In this document: positions 40,755-49,505 of the stretch, piece after piece
How the letters are laid out: every line of letters starts with the position of its first letter
Position numbering within the stretch: the stretch's first letter is position 1
Source: a virus
IMG/VR virus record: IMGVR_UViG_3300043409_002109
Span: 32,001-96,000 of that record
Length of the DNA stretch: 64,000 bases
Direction: 5' to 3' (one strand)
Notes under the pieces: generated by a model
The model's input: the letters and a program-made list of their open reading frames with translations, nothing else
Database searches by the model: none
Told to the model about the DNA's origin: nothing
Made by a program: the position numbers and the translations under genes

Positions 40755-41265
40755 ATTCGCCTTTGGCTCTGTAGTTAGGTAGGAATTCTACATAAGGCTC
40801 CCAGTCTGCGGACTCTATTCCAAAAGAGTTAGACTCATCAGTTGTTACGCTGATACCGGTTTTGGTGACATCTACTGCTACAACGTTGTTATGATCGAAG
40901 ATTATATCGGCAATTTTCTCAGCTAAGAAATATTTTCTAGCTGGATGTATCTGCCAGATAGGAGAACCGTCTGGGGTCGCATCGAAGTCTACAACCTTAG
41001 AGGTTCTAGTTTTCATTTTATGAGCTGGGTTTGCAAAGCCTACCCGTACTTCATTGAAGAAGCGGGTATGCCGAAGCCACGTATACACAGCCTCTACGAG
41101 GTGCTCTTTAGTCTGGATTGATCCAGTATCTTTCTTCATCATATCTCGACCGCCTGGGATCAGGAATTTCTGACGCCGTTTGGGAGAAGGTAATGTCTTC
41201 TTTACTAAGGCCTGCTGATGCTGTATGCCGGAGTCTTTGGCTATGTCGTGTTTAGTCGCTTCCAT
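40735..41265 (-). CDS. hypothetical protein
   Basis: Coupled ORF in the - strand operon. Confidence 0.55.
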   Translation of the reverse strand: MEATKHDIAKDSGIQHQQALVKKTLPSPKRRQKFLIPGGRDMMKKDTGSIQTKEHLVEAVYTWLRHTRFFNEVRVGFANPAHKMKTRTSKVVDFDATPDGSPIWQIHPARKYFLAEKIADIIFDHNNVVAVDVTKTGISVTTDESNSFGIESADWEPYVEFLPNYRAKGEYAVYRS

Positions 41266-41918
41266 AGTTCTTGTTGCTCTTGTCTTATGATGTGTTGAGG
41301 GTAGTGAGAGTACGTCATCATCTCTTCTCTGTTGTATCCTCTCTTGTACATTTCGAAGATATAACTGTTCCAGGATGACAAGCCTAGATTCTCTATGAGT
41401 AGTGTATCTACCTCAGAGTCTATCCACGGCTGTGTATACTCTTCTATATCCACCACAGGAACGTAGTCAACCTTAGAGTTGGTCTGGGTTATAAGATTCC
41501 TAATTTTATATCTATAAAGCGTTGCTACTACCTGTGCGCAGCACCTGGGGTTTAAAAATCCCATTTTAGCAATCCAGTATTTGGATCTAACTAATTCTAT
41601 TAATAACACTTCTAGTTCTTCTTTCAGGGTGCCACCGGAGTTATCTATCTGTTTAAGCCAATACTCTATTAGCCCTCTTGGTTCTCCTGCGGGCTCAAGG
41701 CTCATCAGAAGGAACTGAGTTTGATGTCGAGGAAAAGGCTGAGCTATTTCTAGCTCAGCCTTCCACTCTTCTAGCCATGGGTCACAAAGGAAAAGCATGT
41801 AAGACAAATCTTTTGCTTTGTCTTCTTTTAGTTTTGTCCATTCTTCCTGCAGGTCTAAATAAGAACCGTTAAGAGGAATGATCTTCTTCGGATACTTCCT
41901 TTGTAAATATTGATGCAT
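41241..41918 (-). CDS. divergent sigma70/ECF-like factor
   Basis: C-terminal LSSWNSYIFEMYKRGYNREEMM...IIRQEQQELWKRL matches the spacing of the sigma region 4 HTH. EELEVLLIELV...LYRYKIRNLI resembles region 2. Confidence 0.5.
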   Translation of the reverse strand: MHQYLQRKYPKKIIPLNGSYLDLQEEWTKLKEDKAKDLSYMLFLCDPWLEEWKAELEIAQPFPRHQTQFLLMSLEPAGEPRGLIEYWLKQIDNSGGTLKEELEVLLIELVRSKYWIAKMGFLNPRCCAQVVATLYRYKIRNLITQTNSKVDYVPVVDIEEYTQPWIDSEVDTLLIENLGLSSWNSYIFEMYKRGYNREEMMTYSHYPQHIIRQEQQELWKRLNTT

Positions 41919-42303
41919 CGAAACTCTTGGTATCTCCCTTTTCTAATCTAGAAGCTACATAGAGATTGAACAATACGATCCAATCTCTATATGGCATAGT
42001 CACTAACATTTCTTCTCGATCATCTTTAGTAATTACTACTAAAGAACGGTCCTGTAAAGAAGTTTTAATATCATGCTTACCTTGACGTATTGCTTCTTTA
42101 ATGTTGCAACGTATCTGGCGTTTGCATTCGATATGTATGTCCTCTAACAGGGGAGAGTAGACATCGGCGTTCTCAGAGCCACCGGCACGAGCTTGACCCA
42201 GCCCTCTTTTGAAGGGAATGTTTGTGTTTTCGGTTAATAGGTTGGCCACTTCTCTTTCGAAATTATGGCCTTTTAACCTTGCTCCTTTTCCTGGGGAAGC
42301 CAT
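41869..42303 (-). CDS. Holliday junction resolvase (PD-(D/E)xK, Hjc-like)
   Basis: KGHNFEREVA...ADV...IHIECKR. Confidence 0.8.
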   Translation of the reverse strand: MASPGKGARLKGHNFEREVANLLTENTNIPFKRGLGQARAGGSENADVYSPLLEDIHIECKRQIRCNIKEAIRQGKHDIKTSLQDRSLVVITKDDREEMLVTMPYRDWIVLFNLYVASRLEKGDTKSFDASIFTKEVSEEDHSS

Positions 42304-42956
42304 TAGAAGCCTTCTAGTTTAATCTTAGGCTTCTTCTGGTATTCGAGAATATCATCAATGATATTTAGTTCCTTCGCTTCCTTGGCGCTAAAGAATATTG
42401 AAGTCTGACCAGCAAAGTATTTTGCCCAATTGGTTTTATTCATCTTGGTTCGCTTACGAATTATCTCATTCATAGTATCAAGGCCCCAGTTGTAGCACTT
42501 AACATGAGAATCTAATTCGACTACAGAGCTTATCTGAGTTTCAGAGATAGGCTCGTGATAGAAGAGGCGGGCACTAGGGAATGCCACTCTAATGTCGCCA
42601 GCCTGCATCAGGAGGAATCCTCCTGAATAAGCCATACCTTGTACTACCGTGATGATAGGACAGTCTACGGCGCGCAAGGTGTCGTAGATAGCTAGGGTTT
42701 GGACTACATCTCCACCGGGGCTGTTTATCATAACCTTAATCGGTGCACTGTCCTCAGCTGCTAGATATTCTATCTGAGAACATATGGCAGACCCTAAGGT
42801 AGGTTCTATCTCTCCTCCGATAAGTATAGTTCTTGTATTTGCGCCGAAGCCGGCGAGAGAGTGAGGAGTCCAAGAGTTAGCAGCACTATCGTGCTCTTCG
42901 TCCTCTTCTTCGGATTCCTCCTTGATATAAAAATTGTTCATTGTATTCAGTATCAT
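42303..42956 (-). CDS. clpP: ClpP-like protease
   Basis: INSPGGDV, GMAYSGG (catalytic Ser), FYHEP (His), SAKEAKELNIIDDI. Confidence 0.85.
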   Translation of the reverse strand: MILNTMNNFYIKEESEEEDEEHDSAANSWTPHSLAGFGANTRTILIGGEIEPTLGSAICSQIEYLAAEDSAPIKVMINSPGGDVVQTLAIYDTLRAVDCPIITVVQGMAYSGGFLLMQAGDIRVAFPSARLFYHEPISETQISSVVELDSHVKCYNWGLDTMNEIIRKRTKMNKTNWAKYFAGQTSIFFSAKEAKELNIIDDILEYQKKPKIKLEGF

Positions 42957-43384
42957 TCGTCGTCCTCATTTGTAAGTATAAACTTTTTAAGTTTCTCAGC
43001 TGTAAGCTTTTTTGCTTCTTTATATGAGATGACTTTATAGATTAGACCTTGTTTAATTGCTGCTGTGTATTTATCGTGATCTCTCACTTTACCTTTAAGA
43101 AACTCTCTCTGAGCTTGTTCGAATTGAACATTGCCTCTGTTGGTAAAGCTGTAGTGTTGCGCACCATGTAACTCTAAGACTATCCCAAGATCTTCTATAT
43201 ACCAATCGAACCTATGTAGGTTGGTATGATACTCAGGGCAAATATCTTTTACTGGCACTTCCTGAAAGCATTTGAGTCTTGAAAAGAAGGGGTCTTTTGT
43301 AAAGATAACTCTCACTTCGTTATGGAAGTTAGAGTTGCCTTCGATTATTTGGAATTGGTTTTTCCATTTAGTTCGAGGGGGCAT
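42953..43384 (-). CDS. DUF559/Vsr-like PD-(D/E)xK endonuclease
   Basis: QEVP...RFDWYI...VLELHGAQHY...RDHDK. Confidence 0.7.
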   Translation of the reverse strand: MPPRTKWKNQFQIIEGNSNFHNEVRVIFTKDPFFSRLKCFQEVPVKDICPEYHTNLHRFDWYIEDLGIVLELHGAQHYSFTNRGNVQFEQAQREFLKGKVRDHDKYTAAIKQGLIYKVISYKEAKKLTAEKLKKFILTNEDDE

Positions 43385-43673
43385 TGGCTAACTTGAAGTC
43401 TCCAATTAGTAAGCACCCTCTATCTTTTAAAAATAGGTATAGGTCTTGCCATAACGCATCGTCTTCTATTTTCTTGAAGGCGCCTGGAGTATGTATATCA
43501 ATTTCCTCTATGTAGGTTTTGTTGTGTCTTAGTTTGTGAGTAAAGCATACGTATTCATTGAAGCCACGCTTAACAGTAGCTAAGTGGATCCAGGGACCTC
43601 CGCTAAAGGTATTGGTGGGAAGTTCTTGGCGCACGTCAGTTACTAGTATGAAGTCTGTTCCGAACGAATTCAT
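43368..43673 (-). CDS. hypothetical protein
   Basis: Coupled ORF. Confidence 0.5.
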   Translation of the reverse strand: MNSFGTDFILVTDVRQELPTNTFSGGPWIHLATVKRGFNEYVCFTHKLRHNKTYIEEIDIHTPGAFKKIEDDALWQDLYLFLKDRGCLLIGDFKLANAPSN

Positions 43674-44412
43674 CTTTTCTTCCTGGGAAGCAATTTGTTT
43701 TAAAGGGACACCTATATGAACAAGGTGTTATAGGGTAGTGATAACCAGACTCTAACGCCTGAACAAGAGAGTTCACTGAACTCAACTGCTCACCAGTATA
43801 AGAAGTATCTGAAACTTCTAATATGGTTACCTCACCTTTGTCTGCTATATGCATGACAAGAGCGGTGACAGTCGGGCGGGCCCAATGTTTGACCCCTAAC
43901 TGAGAGATCAACTGCATCTGCAAATGCAGAACAGGATCTGTCTCAGCTGAATGAAGGAGGCCATAGGGAGTGAAGAAAGGCAGAATCAATTCTTTGGTCT
44001 TCTTTCTTCTCATTAGACCTGAGATATGTAGGTCTATAGGGGTCTTGCTCACTTTCATTCTATGAGGAAGCGCGCCACTTACCGTGTAGAACTCTGTAGG
44101 GTCTAGTATTTTCCAGACCTTATTCAATGCGTAGGTACAGCATCTTAGTATCTCTTGGAGTTCAGTAGGAGTGTACTTCTCATCTATATTCTCTGCTACC
44201 CATATTCTTCTAAGAGCTTTCTGGAAGGTAATAGCAGGATTAGAAATCTCTTCTTTAATAGAGAAGGCCAACATGTATTCAACAGTTTTCCTTACTATAG
44301 ATTGAACTAAAGTCTCTTCGACTAAGCCCCCATAATGAAAGAACTGAGAACATTTTACGAATGCCCTCAGTTCCTGTTCTGTTAAGACTGAACCTAAAGT
44401 AATAGGTTGCAC
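43636..44412 (-). CDS. Cas4/AddB-like Fe-S protein, catalytic motif apparently degenerate (GTG start at 44412 preferred)
   Basis: N-terminal KCSQF plus C-terminal CSYRCPFKTNC give four Cys. No clear D..ExK motif. Confidence 0.5.
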   Translation of the reverse strand: MQPITLGSVLTEQELRAFVKCSQFFHYGGLVEETLVQSIVRKTVEYMLAFSIKEEISNPAITFQKALRRIWVAENIDEKYTPTELQEILRCCTYALNKVWKILDPTEFYTVSGALPHRMKVSKTPIDLHISGLMRRKKTKELILPFFTPYGLLHSAETDPVLHLQMQLISQLGVKHWARPTVTALVMHIADKGEVTILEVSDTSYTGEQLSSVNSLVQALESGYHYPITPCSYRCPFKTNCFPGRKDEFVRNRLHTSN

Positions 44413-44413
44413 T

Positions 44414-44737
44414 TTACCCCCAGGGGTTCTTCTTGGCTTTGACTTTCGTTTTCTCTTCAGCAAGGATTGTAGTGGCCACATGCTCATTAATGAATACCCT
44501 TTCAATGGGGTACTCTTTTTCTTGAGCTAGCTCTAGGTTCATATCTAGATATGGCTCTTCTCCTTTAATAGTTTTCTGTCTTACCTTGTAAGACAGAATG
44601 TTTCTACTCATGAGAACGCTTCTGAGTTTATCTCCCGAGAACTTGAGATGAGTTGGGCCAGTCTCAAGCCAATAAAATGTTTTATTTGCCCGGACCCATA
44701 TACCCCAGATCTTAGAAGGAGGTTGACTGCCAATCAT
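44414..44737 (-). CDS. hypothetical protein
   Basis: ATGA-coupled ORF. Confidence 0.5.
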   Translation of the reverse strand: MIGSQPPSKIWGIWVRANKTFYWLETGPTHLKFSGDKLRSVLMSRNILSYKVRQKTIKGEEPYLDMNLELAQEKEYPIERVFINEHVATTILAEEKTKVKAKKNPWG

Positions 44738-45255
44738 TTTTCACTCAGGATGATAAAGTCATCTGTTAAATTACTGTTAGAGATAGAGATAAATTCTGCT
44801 TCAAGATCGGCCAGAAGCCGATGAGGAGTTCCTCTTGGAATACACCAACCGACACCACAGCCTATCCTATACCTTGAGAATTTAGATTCAAGATACACTT
44901 CGAGTATAAGCACGCCTCTAGTCACTATCAACTGTAAATCAGTATCAGTATGCAATATTAATGGAGTCGTAGCCCCAGAAACAAACTTATTGAAAACGAT
45001 ATTGGTAGTGCCGGTGTTCTCAGCATAGAGAAGAGAGAACCCCTGGGGGCTCTCTTCGAAGATGGGAAGAATCTTACCAAGGAGGCGATGGCCTATAAAG
45101 TGAGTAGCCTTAACCCCAGGCGAACAAGAGGTGAGTGCGGACTCGTCTACTATATCGCTAGGATTAACCACCTCTATCCCCTCAATTAATAAAGAAGCAT
45201 CATTGAAGATGTCCTGAGAAGGAGTAAGATTTAGCATAAGAACATGCCCTGACAT
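44734..45255 (-). CDS. cupin-fold protein
   Basis: ILHTDTDLQLIVTRG...GVGWCIPRGTPHRL cupin motifs. Confidence 0.55.
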   Translation of the reverse strand: MSGHVLMLNLTPSQDIFNDASLLIEGIEVVNPSDIVDESALTSCSPGVKATHFIGHRLLGKILPIFEESPQGFSLLYAENTGTTNIVFNKFVSGATTPLILHTDTDLQLIVTRGVLILEVYLESKFSRYRIGCGVGWCIPRGTPHRLLADLEAEFISISNSNLTDDFIILSEK

Positions 45256-45587
45256 ATGAGACTACGATTACCAATTAGGGGTAACCGGTCGTTATCAGAG
45301 AAGAGAACAAAGGACTTGAAATCTGAAGTTGGCACACAGTCAGCAACTTTTCCGTCTCGCTCCAAGATATAGACATCTACTTCTCGCACTTCTATATAAC
45401 CAGCGACCTTCTTCTTTACCAAGGTTCTAGTTGGACTAGCAACCCAGACTTGATCTCCAACATATACGGTTCTGCCAAGAAAATCTTCGCATACCCATTG
45501 AGAGGTAGTGAAAAATTCATGATCTGTATGACCATCACTCATGTTCGTACTCACATATGATTTCGACATCGCGAATTTGGACATCAA
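45231..45587 (-). CDS. hypothetical protein
   Basis: DFLGRTVYVGDQV pattern common in small phage proteins; start uncertain. Confidence 0.45.
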   Translation of the reverse strand: MMSKFAMSKSYVSTNMSDGHTDHEFFTTSQWVCEDFLGRTVYVGDQVWVASPTRTLVKKKVAGYIEVREVDVYILERDGKVADCVPTSDFKSFVLFSDNDRLPLIGNRSLICQGMFLC

Positions 45588-45720
45588 CGAGGTGGTCTAA
45601 GTTGTTACATTCTAGGCGCACAAGATCTCTAGCAAGGCCCAAGGCCTCACCTTCAGATTCAGCTTCTATAGTTACATCTCTATAGCCTATTACCTTGACA
45701 CTTATTTCAAAGGTTTTCAT
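45535..45720 (-). CDS. small phage protein (V-x-I-E-A-E-S-x-x-E-A motif)
   Basis: VTIEAESEGEALGLAR; similar to the neighbouring ORF. Confidence 0.5.
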   Translation of the reverse strand: MKTFEISVKVIGYRDVTIEAESEGEALGLARDLVRLECNNLDHLVDVQIRDVEIICEYEHE

Positions 45721-46021
45721 CGTCTTCCTCTAAAGTTAAATCGCTTTCTCTTAATATATTCTGTATGTGTTGAGGCGCGGGCGTGTGCTCAAGTCCGTAG
45801 AAGTCAACGGAAAGTTGACCATCTTTCTTTTGTAAAGTGGGGACATAGCTATCTGCCGAGTGAATAGAAGATAGAAGCGTATTGTCGTAATTGATACGCT
45901 CTCTTTCGTAGACCCTTCGGAGTTCTGTAGCTAGTAGTTTCTCAGCTTCCTCTTCTGTCTCTGCTTTGATAGAGATGCGTCTCTCGTCCTTCCTCCAGCA
46001 TTCGAATGTGTATACGTTCAT
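45707..46021 (-). CDS. small phage protein (same motif)
   Basis: ISIKAETEEEAEKLLA. Confidence 0.5.
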   Translation of the reverse strand: MNVYTFECWRKDERRISIKAETEEEAEKLLATELRRVYERERINYDNTLLSSIHSADSYVPTLQKKDGQLSVDFYGLEHTPAPQHIQNILRESDLTLEEDDENL

Positions 46022-46305
46022 CCTTCAACTCCTTGGATCCAGTAGCCAAGTGCCATTAGGCGCGCTTGGTATCGCTCTTGGATTATCTTCTCTATGTTTA
46101 AGACCTTCTCTTCAGATAGAGTCTCGGGGGCATACGTTATGCCTTCTACATCTTCTCGGTAATCCCAGATACCACCTAGGGTATACTCTCCGTTATCATC
46201 TACCACTACCTCTAGAGCAAGCCCCAAGGGGTGTAAGAATAACCTGTTGAGTTCATGGAGGTAGCCTTCATTTCGGAACTCTTCGATATTAATATAATTT
46301 GGCAT
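46018..46305 (-). CDS. hypothetical phage protein
   Basis: Coupled ORF, EFRNEGYLHELNRLFLHPLGLALEV. Confidence 0.55.
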   Translation of the reverse strand: MPNYINIEEFRNEGYLHELNRLFLHPLGLALEVVVDDNGEYTLGGIWDYREDVEGITYAPETLSEEKVLNIEKIIQERYQARLMALGYWIQGVEG

Positions 46306-46306
46306 T

Positions 46307-46414
46307 TTATAAGCCTATCTTTATATCTCTGAGCATCGACCATAGTAGGGCTAGGCTAAAACCCGAGGCGACACCAACGAGAAAGCAAAGTGAGCCAATT
46401 AAAATATTAGTCAT
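46307..46414 (-). CDS. 35-aa single-TM peptide (not in ORF track)
   Basis: MTNILIGSLCFLVGVASGFSLALLWSMLRDIKIGL. TAATG-coupled upstream; stop lies 1 nt before the next ATG. Confidence 0.55.
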   Translation of the reverse strand: MTNILIGSLCFLVGVASGFSLALLWSMLRDIKIGL

Positions 46415-46509
46415 TAGAAATCTCTACGAAAAAAGTAGTATAGAGCATAGAAGCCCAGGCCTATGGAAACACTCCCGGCGCAACAGAGCCCTGCTAAAAA
46501 TTCAAACAT
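46414..46509 (-). CDS. 31-aa single-TM peptide (not in ORF track)
   Basis: MFEFLAGLCCAGSVSIGLGFYALYYFFRRDF; GGAG RBS upstream. Confidence 0.55.
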   Translation of the reverse strand: MFEFLAGLCCAGSVSIGLGFYALYYFFRRDF

Positions 46510-46744
46510 TTATTTTCTCCAACAGCCCTTGTATTAAAGGGGCTATAATAAGTTTACGTTGATGACGTGCTTGTTCAGGGGTCATCTCTTCTATCTCCTC
46601 TAAGGTAAAAGTGTTACTCAAAGAGAATTTATCTTTACCAAAGATGATCTTGCATGTGACTCGGATCTTATCTTTGTCTAGAGTCGGGTCAATATCTATC
46701 TGAGTAAAGGGGCTCATAAGATCCAAGAATTCAGATCTGTCCAT
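46502..46744 (-). CDS. hypothetical protein
   Basis: ORF in a tightly packed small-gene array. Confidence 0.5.
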   Translation of the reverse strand: MDRSEFLDLMSPFTQIDIDPTLDKDKIRVTCKIIFGKDKFSLSNTFTLEEIEEMTPEQARHQRKLIIAPLIQGLLEKINV

Positions 46745-46755
46745 TTTGTTTATCC

Positions 46756-47004
46756 TTATCCATCTTCTGGATCCTCTGGTAATGCTTCCGATCTGCGTCT
46801 GGCTAATTTTGCTATTTTTTGGAGTTGATAACTATGGGAAGCTAATCTCCCAATCGTATCTTCAATACTAGCCCTTCTGGGTTTGCTATCTTCCCACCAC
46901 TGAATTTCTGCTTCTACCGAAAGCACTAGCAGATCTAGCTCGGCGGCTAGAGATGTAAGACCATCTCTATTGCCTCTTTGATACCTAGTCAGAACAGGAT
47001 TCAT
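46756..47004 (-). CDS. hypothetical protein
   Basis: AGGAG RBS. Confidence 0.5.
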   Translation of the reverse strand: MNPVLTRYQRGNRDGLTSLAAELDLLVLSVEAEIQWWEDSKPRRASIEDTIGRLASHSYQLQKIAKLARRRSEALPEDPEDG

Positions 47005-47164
47005 AACGCTCTCCTAATTCCATTCGGCGAAGAATTTCCTCGTGTAAGTCAGAGAAAGATATACTGAGGTTATGGTTGCCCTCGAATGGGCAGTAGGTAT
47101 TACAAGAGACTTGTTCTTCTAGGTAGTCTAGGAGTTCTGTATTAGTTAAATCTTTTGGGCTCAT
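46985..47164 (-). CDS. 59-aa hypothetical protein (not in ORF track)
   Basis: MSPKDLTNTELLDYLEEQ...; ATGA overlap with the upstream stop, and it fills the gap between neighbours. Confidence 0.45.
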   Translation of the reverse strand: MSPKDLTNTELLDYLEEQVSCNTYCPFEGNHNLSISFSDLHEEILRRMELGERYESCSD

Positions 47165-47598
47165 TGTGAGTGCTCTATTCGATAATGATCTTTACAGATA
47201 TTGCAGATGTAATAATCACAACAATCATTAGAACAGCTTCCATTGTCTGTAGAATCAGGGTGTACCCAAATGCCAGGTTCACCTTTTGTATAGGGGCGCT
47301 CCTCTGTACAGATAAAGGCGCCACTTATTATGTCTAGGGTAGGAGTAATATCTGTTTCAGTGTTCATGTGGACCTTAAGAGGCTTGAATATTACTGCATC
47401 ATCTGGAAGCTCCTGAGCAAGAACATAAGGTCCACTGTTGGTAAACCACCGTGCCACAGGTTCATAGCCTGTACCGTCATCATATTTTTTGACTATGTAG
47501 AACATATGTCTTGCTTTGCTGTAAGCCTGAGTGCCTTCGAGGTGGCGCCTTGGATCCCTCAACTCTGAAACCTCGCACTTCATTTCGTTAAATTGCAT
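47161..47598 (-). CDS. hypothetical protein with Cys-rich (Zn-binding-like) C-terminus
   Basis: CSNDCCDYYICNIC. Confidence 0.5.
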   Translation of the reverse strand: MQFNEMKCEVSELRDPRRHLEGTQAYSKARHMFYIVKKYDDGTGYEPVARWFTNSGPYVLAQELPDDAVIFKPLKVHMNTETDITPTLDIISGAFICTEERPYTKGEPGIWVHPDSTDNGSCSNDCCDYYICNICKDHYRIEHSQ

Positions 47599-47819
47599 TA
47601 TGGTATCTCCGGCAATTCTAAATACCAGCTAGGAGGAAATAGAGTGTACCCATCATCAGAAGATATATCTGAAGCATAAAGCCATTGCCCCTCTCCGTTG
47701 GCTTCTTCATCCTGTTGCCAAGAACGCCAGCCCACTATAGCTTCGTCAATTGCTCTTGATCGCGCAAATACCACTACCTCACCCTCTAGGGGCTCGGTTT
47801 CTGTTATTCGTTTCCACAT
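47598..47819 (-). CDS. DUF551-like small protein
   Basis: MWKRITETEP..VVV...WYLELPEIP; start re-called to ATG 47819. Confidence 0.45.
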   Translation of the reverse strand: MWKRITETEPLEGEVVVFARSRAIDEAIVGWRSWQQDEEANGEGQWLYASDISSDDGYTLFPPSWYLELPEIP

Positions 47820-48034
47820 GTAATTTCCAAATAAAAAGTGTCTGGGGGGAGATCTACGCAGCCTTCCCCTGCAGGGTATGTTATCCAACGACGCCCGGGA
47901 GGTGTGTCTGTCACGGCTAAACGATAAAAAGCTTTAGCTGTCTCAGAGTAGGCTATAGTGTTCAAAGGGAGAGAAAGCATGATGCTCTCCTCATAAGCAC
48001 CATACCAATGTAAACTATTCTGATGAAAGGACAT
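47804..48034 (-). CDS. hypothetical protein
   Basis: Coupled ORF. Confidence 0.4.
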   Translation of the reverse strand: MSFHQNSLHWYGAYEESIMLSLPLNTIAYSETAKAFYRLAVTDTPPGRRWITYPAGEGCVDLPPDTFYLEITCGNE

Positions 48035-48246
48035 CAGCCGCCACCATTAGGAGCCGAGACATCATGGAAGTGGTAGACTACGTTAGAGAAGGAGTTCGGG
48101 CCAAGTAGCTGATCTAGAAGATCGGCGGCCGGGAGAATAGGGTGAACTAAACAATTATGAACTGCACACCAGAAGTACCATGTGAAGTCGCGCGAGTTAC
48201 TCATAAAACACCATAACAAATAAAGAATCCACACCAAGAAAAACAT
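48034..48246 (-). CDS. hypothetical protein
   Basis: HNCLVHP motif; start uncertain. Confidence 0.4.
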   Translation of the reverse strand: MFFLVWILYLLWCFMSNSRDFTWYFWCAVHNCLVHPILPAADLLDQLLGPNSFSNVVYHFHDVSAPNGGG

Positions 48247-48433
48247 CTATAATGTGAATGTGATTTAGGAAGAATCTTAGAAACATATTGAGGATAGAGA
48301 GATAAAGGCATCTCATGATCGTGGCCCCAACCACCAACTACAGCCCAACCTTTTGTGGGGTTGCCTATACCGCAAGAGGCTTCCCATGCACCGCCCTTGT
48401 TAGGGCCAAAGGCGTAGAGGAGTCTGTAATCAC

Positions 48434-48712
48434 TTAACATGGTTGCACTTCTTTTTCTAAATATATTTTCATAATATCAAGCAATTGGTTATAGTCCATT
48501 TCTGGAATAGCTTGTAGTTCTTTTACGAAGAACTGTTCATCACAGAAATCGCTAGAGAGATATTCGCTAATCACTTCGACTTCTTTAGGAGTTAGCATCT
48601 CTCTGAAATAGGAGACTACAATCACTTTCCTTGCGGTATCAAGACCAGGAACGACTACTCTAATTTTTGTTTTTGTAACTGTAATAGTATCTACGGAGTA
48701 TGGGTAACTCAT
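48434..48712 (-). CDS. hypothetical protein
   Basis: ATGA-coupled to the exonuclease gene. Confidence 0.5.
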   Translation of the reverse strand: MSYPYSVDTITVTKTKIRVVVPGLDTARKVIVVSYFREMLTPKEVEVISEYLSSDFCDEQFFVKELQAIPEMDYNQLLDIMKIYLEKEVQPC

Positions 48713-49251
48713 ATTAATCCTTGTTCTTTATAGAATCTTTCAACTACTTCTATTTGCGCTTTGCAATCTGCTAAGGGATTATGCAGATTGGGATTCCTCG
48801 GGAAAGTTTTATCCTTTAAGAATTCTCTGATAGTTCGAATATCGCGCCATTCGCGGAATTTCCACGGAGGGGCTATGGAGAACTCTCTGTAAAGCCCGGT
48901 CATGATTGTCTCATCGAAGTTAGGTGAGTTCCCCCACCATATAGCTTGTTCCCAGCTTAGTCCAGAAGATGAACTGGCCATCCACTTTAGTTCCTTAAGA
49001 GCGGTCAAAGTTGGAAGACGCTCTTGGGGGTGCACCCAATGGGCTGCAGCTTCTGGCTTCTGAGTCATCCACCAGCGGATAGTATCAAAGTCCGCCTTCC
49101 GTTCTCGCTGATCCTCAGGGTCAAGTATCCATAGCATTTCCCATTGGGTTTCTTTTCCTGGTTTGAAGGCTACTACAGCAACAGAGACAACAGGGGCATT
49201 TGGCAACTGACCTAGTGTTTCTATATCTAACATAAAATGTTGTGTTGTCAT
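48709..49251 (-). CDS. DEDDh 3'-5' exonuclease (RNase AS/DUF5051-like)
   Basis: MLDIETLG...WGNSPNFD...RDIRT...HNPLADC. Confidence 0.85.
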   Translation of the reverse strand: MTTQHFMLDIETLGQLPNAPVVSVAVVAFKPGKETQWEMLWILDPEDQRERKADFDTIRWWMTQKPEAAAHWVHPQERLPTLTALKELKWMASSSSGLSWEQAIWWGNSPNFDETIMTGLYREFSIAPPWKFREWRDIRTIREFLKDKTFPRNPNLHNPLADCKAQIEVVERFYKEQGLI

Positions 49252-49505
49252 ATTATTGGTTCTTCTATTTTTATATGTTTTGTGTAATCAGGATGTTCGC
49301 TAAGCTTGTAATATCTTCTTGCATTTCTGAGTGGTTCTGTTGTGTACCAGAGTTCTCCTGCGCCGCCGCCCCTAATCACATGGAGGATCATCTTGAAAGA
49401 ATGAAAGCCCGCAACATTGTGTGTAGTAGCGAATGTGTCCTCACAGAGGATCCAGTAGTAGCCGGGAGATGTTGGTGGTCCTTCAATCCATTCTGAATTT
49501 TGCAA
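49248..49505 (-). CDS. hypothetical protein
   Basis: WIEGPPTSPGYYW motif common in small phage proteins. Confidence 0.45.
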   Translation of the reverse strand: MQNSEWIEGPPTSPGYYWILCEDTFATTHNVAGFHSFKMILHVIRGGGAGELWYTTEPLRNARRYYKLSEHPDYTKHIKIEEPII

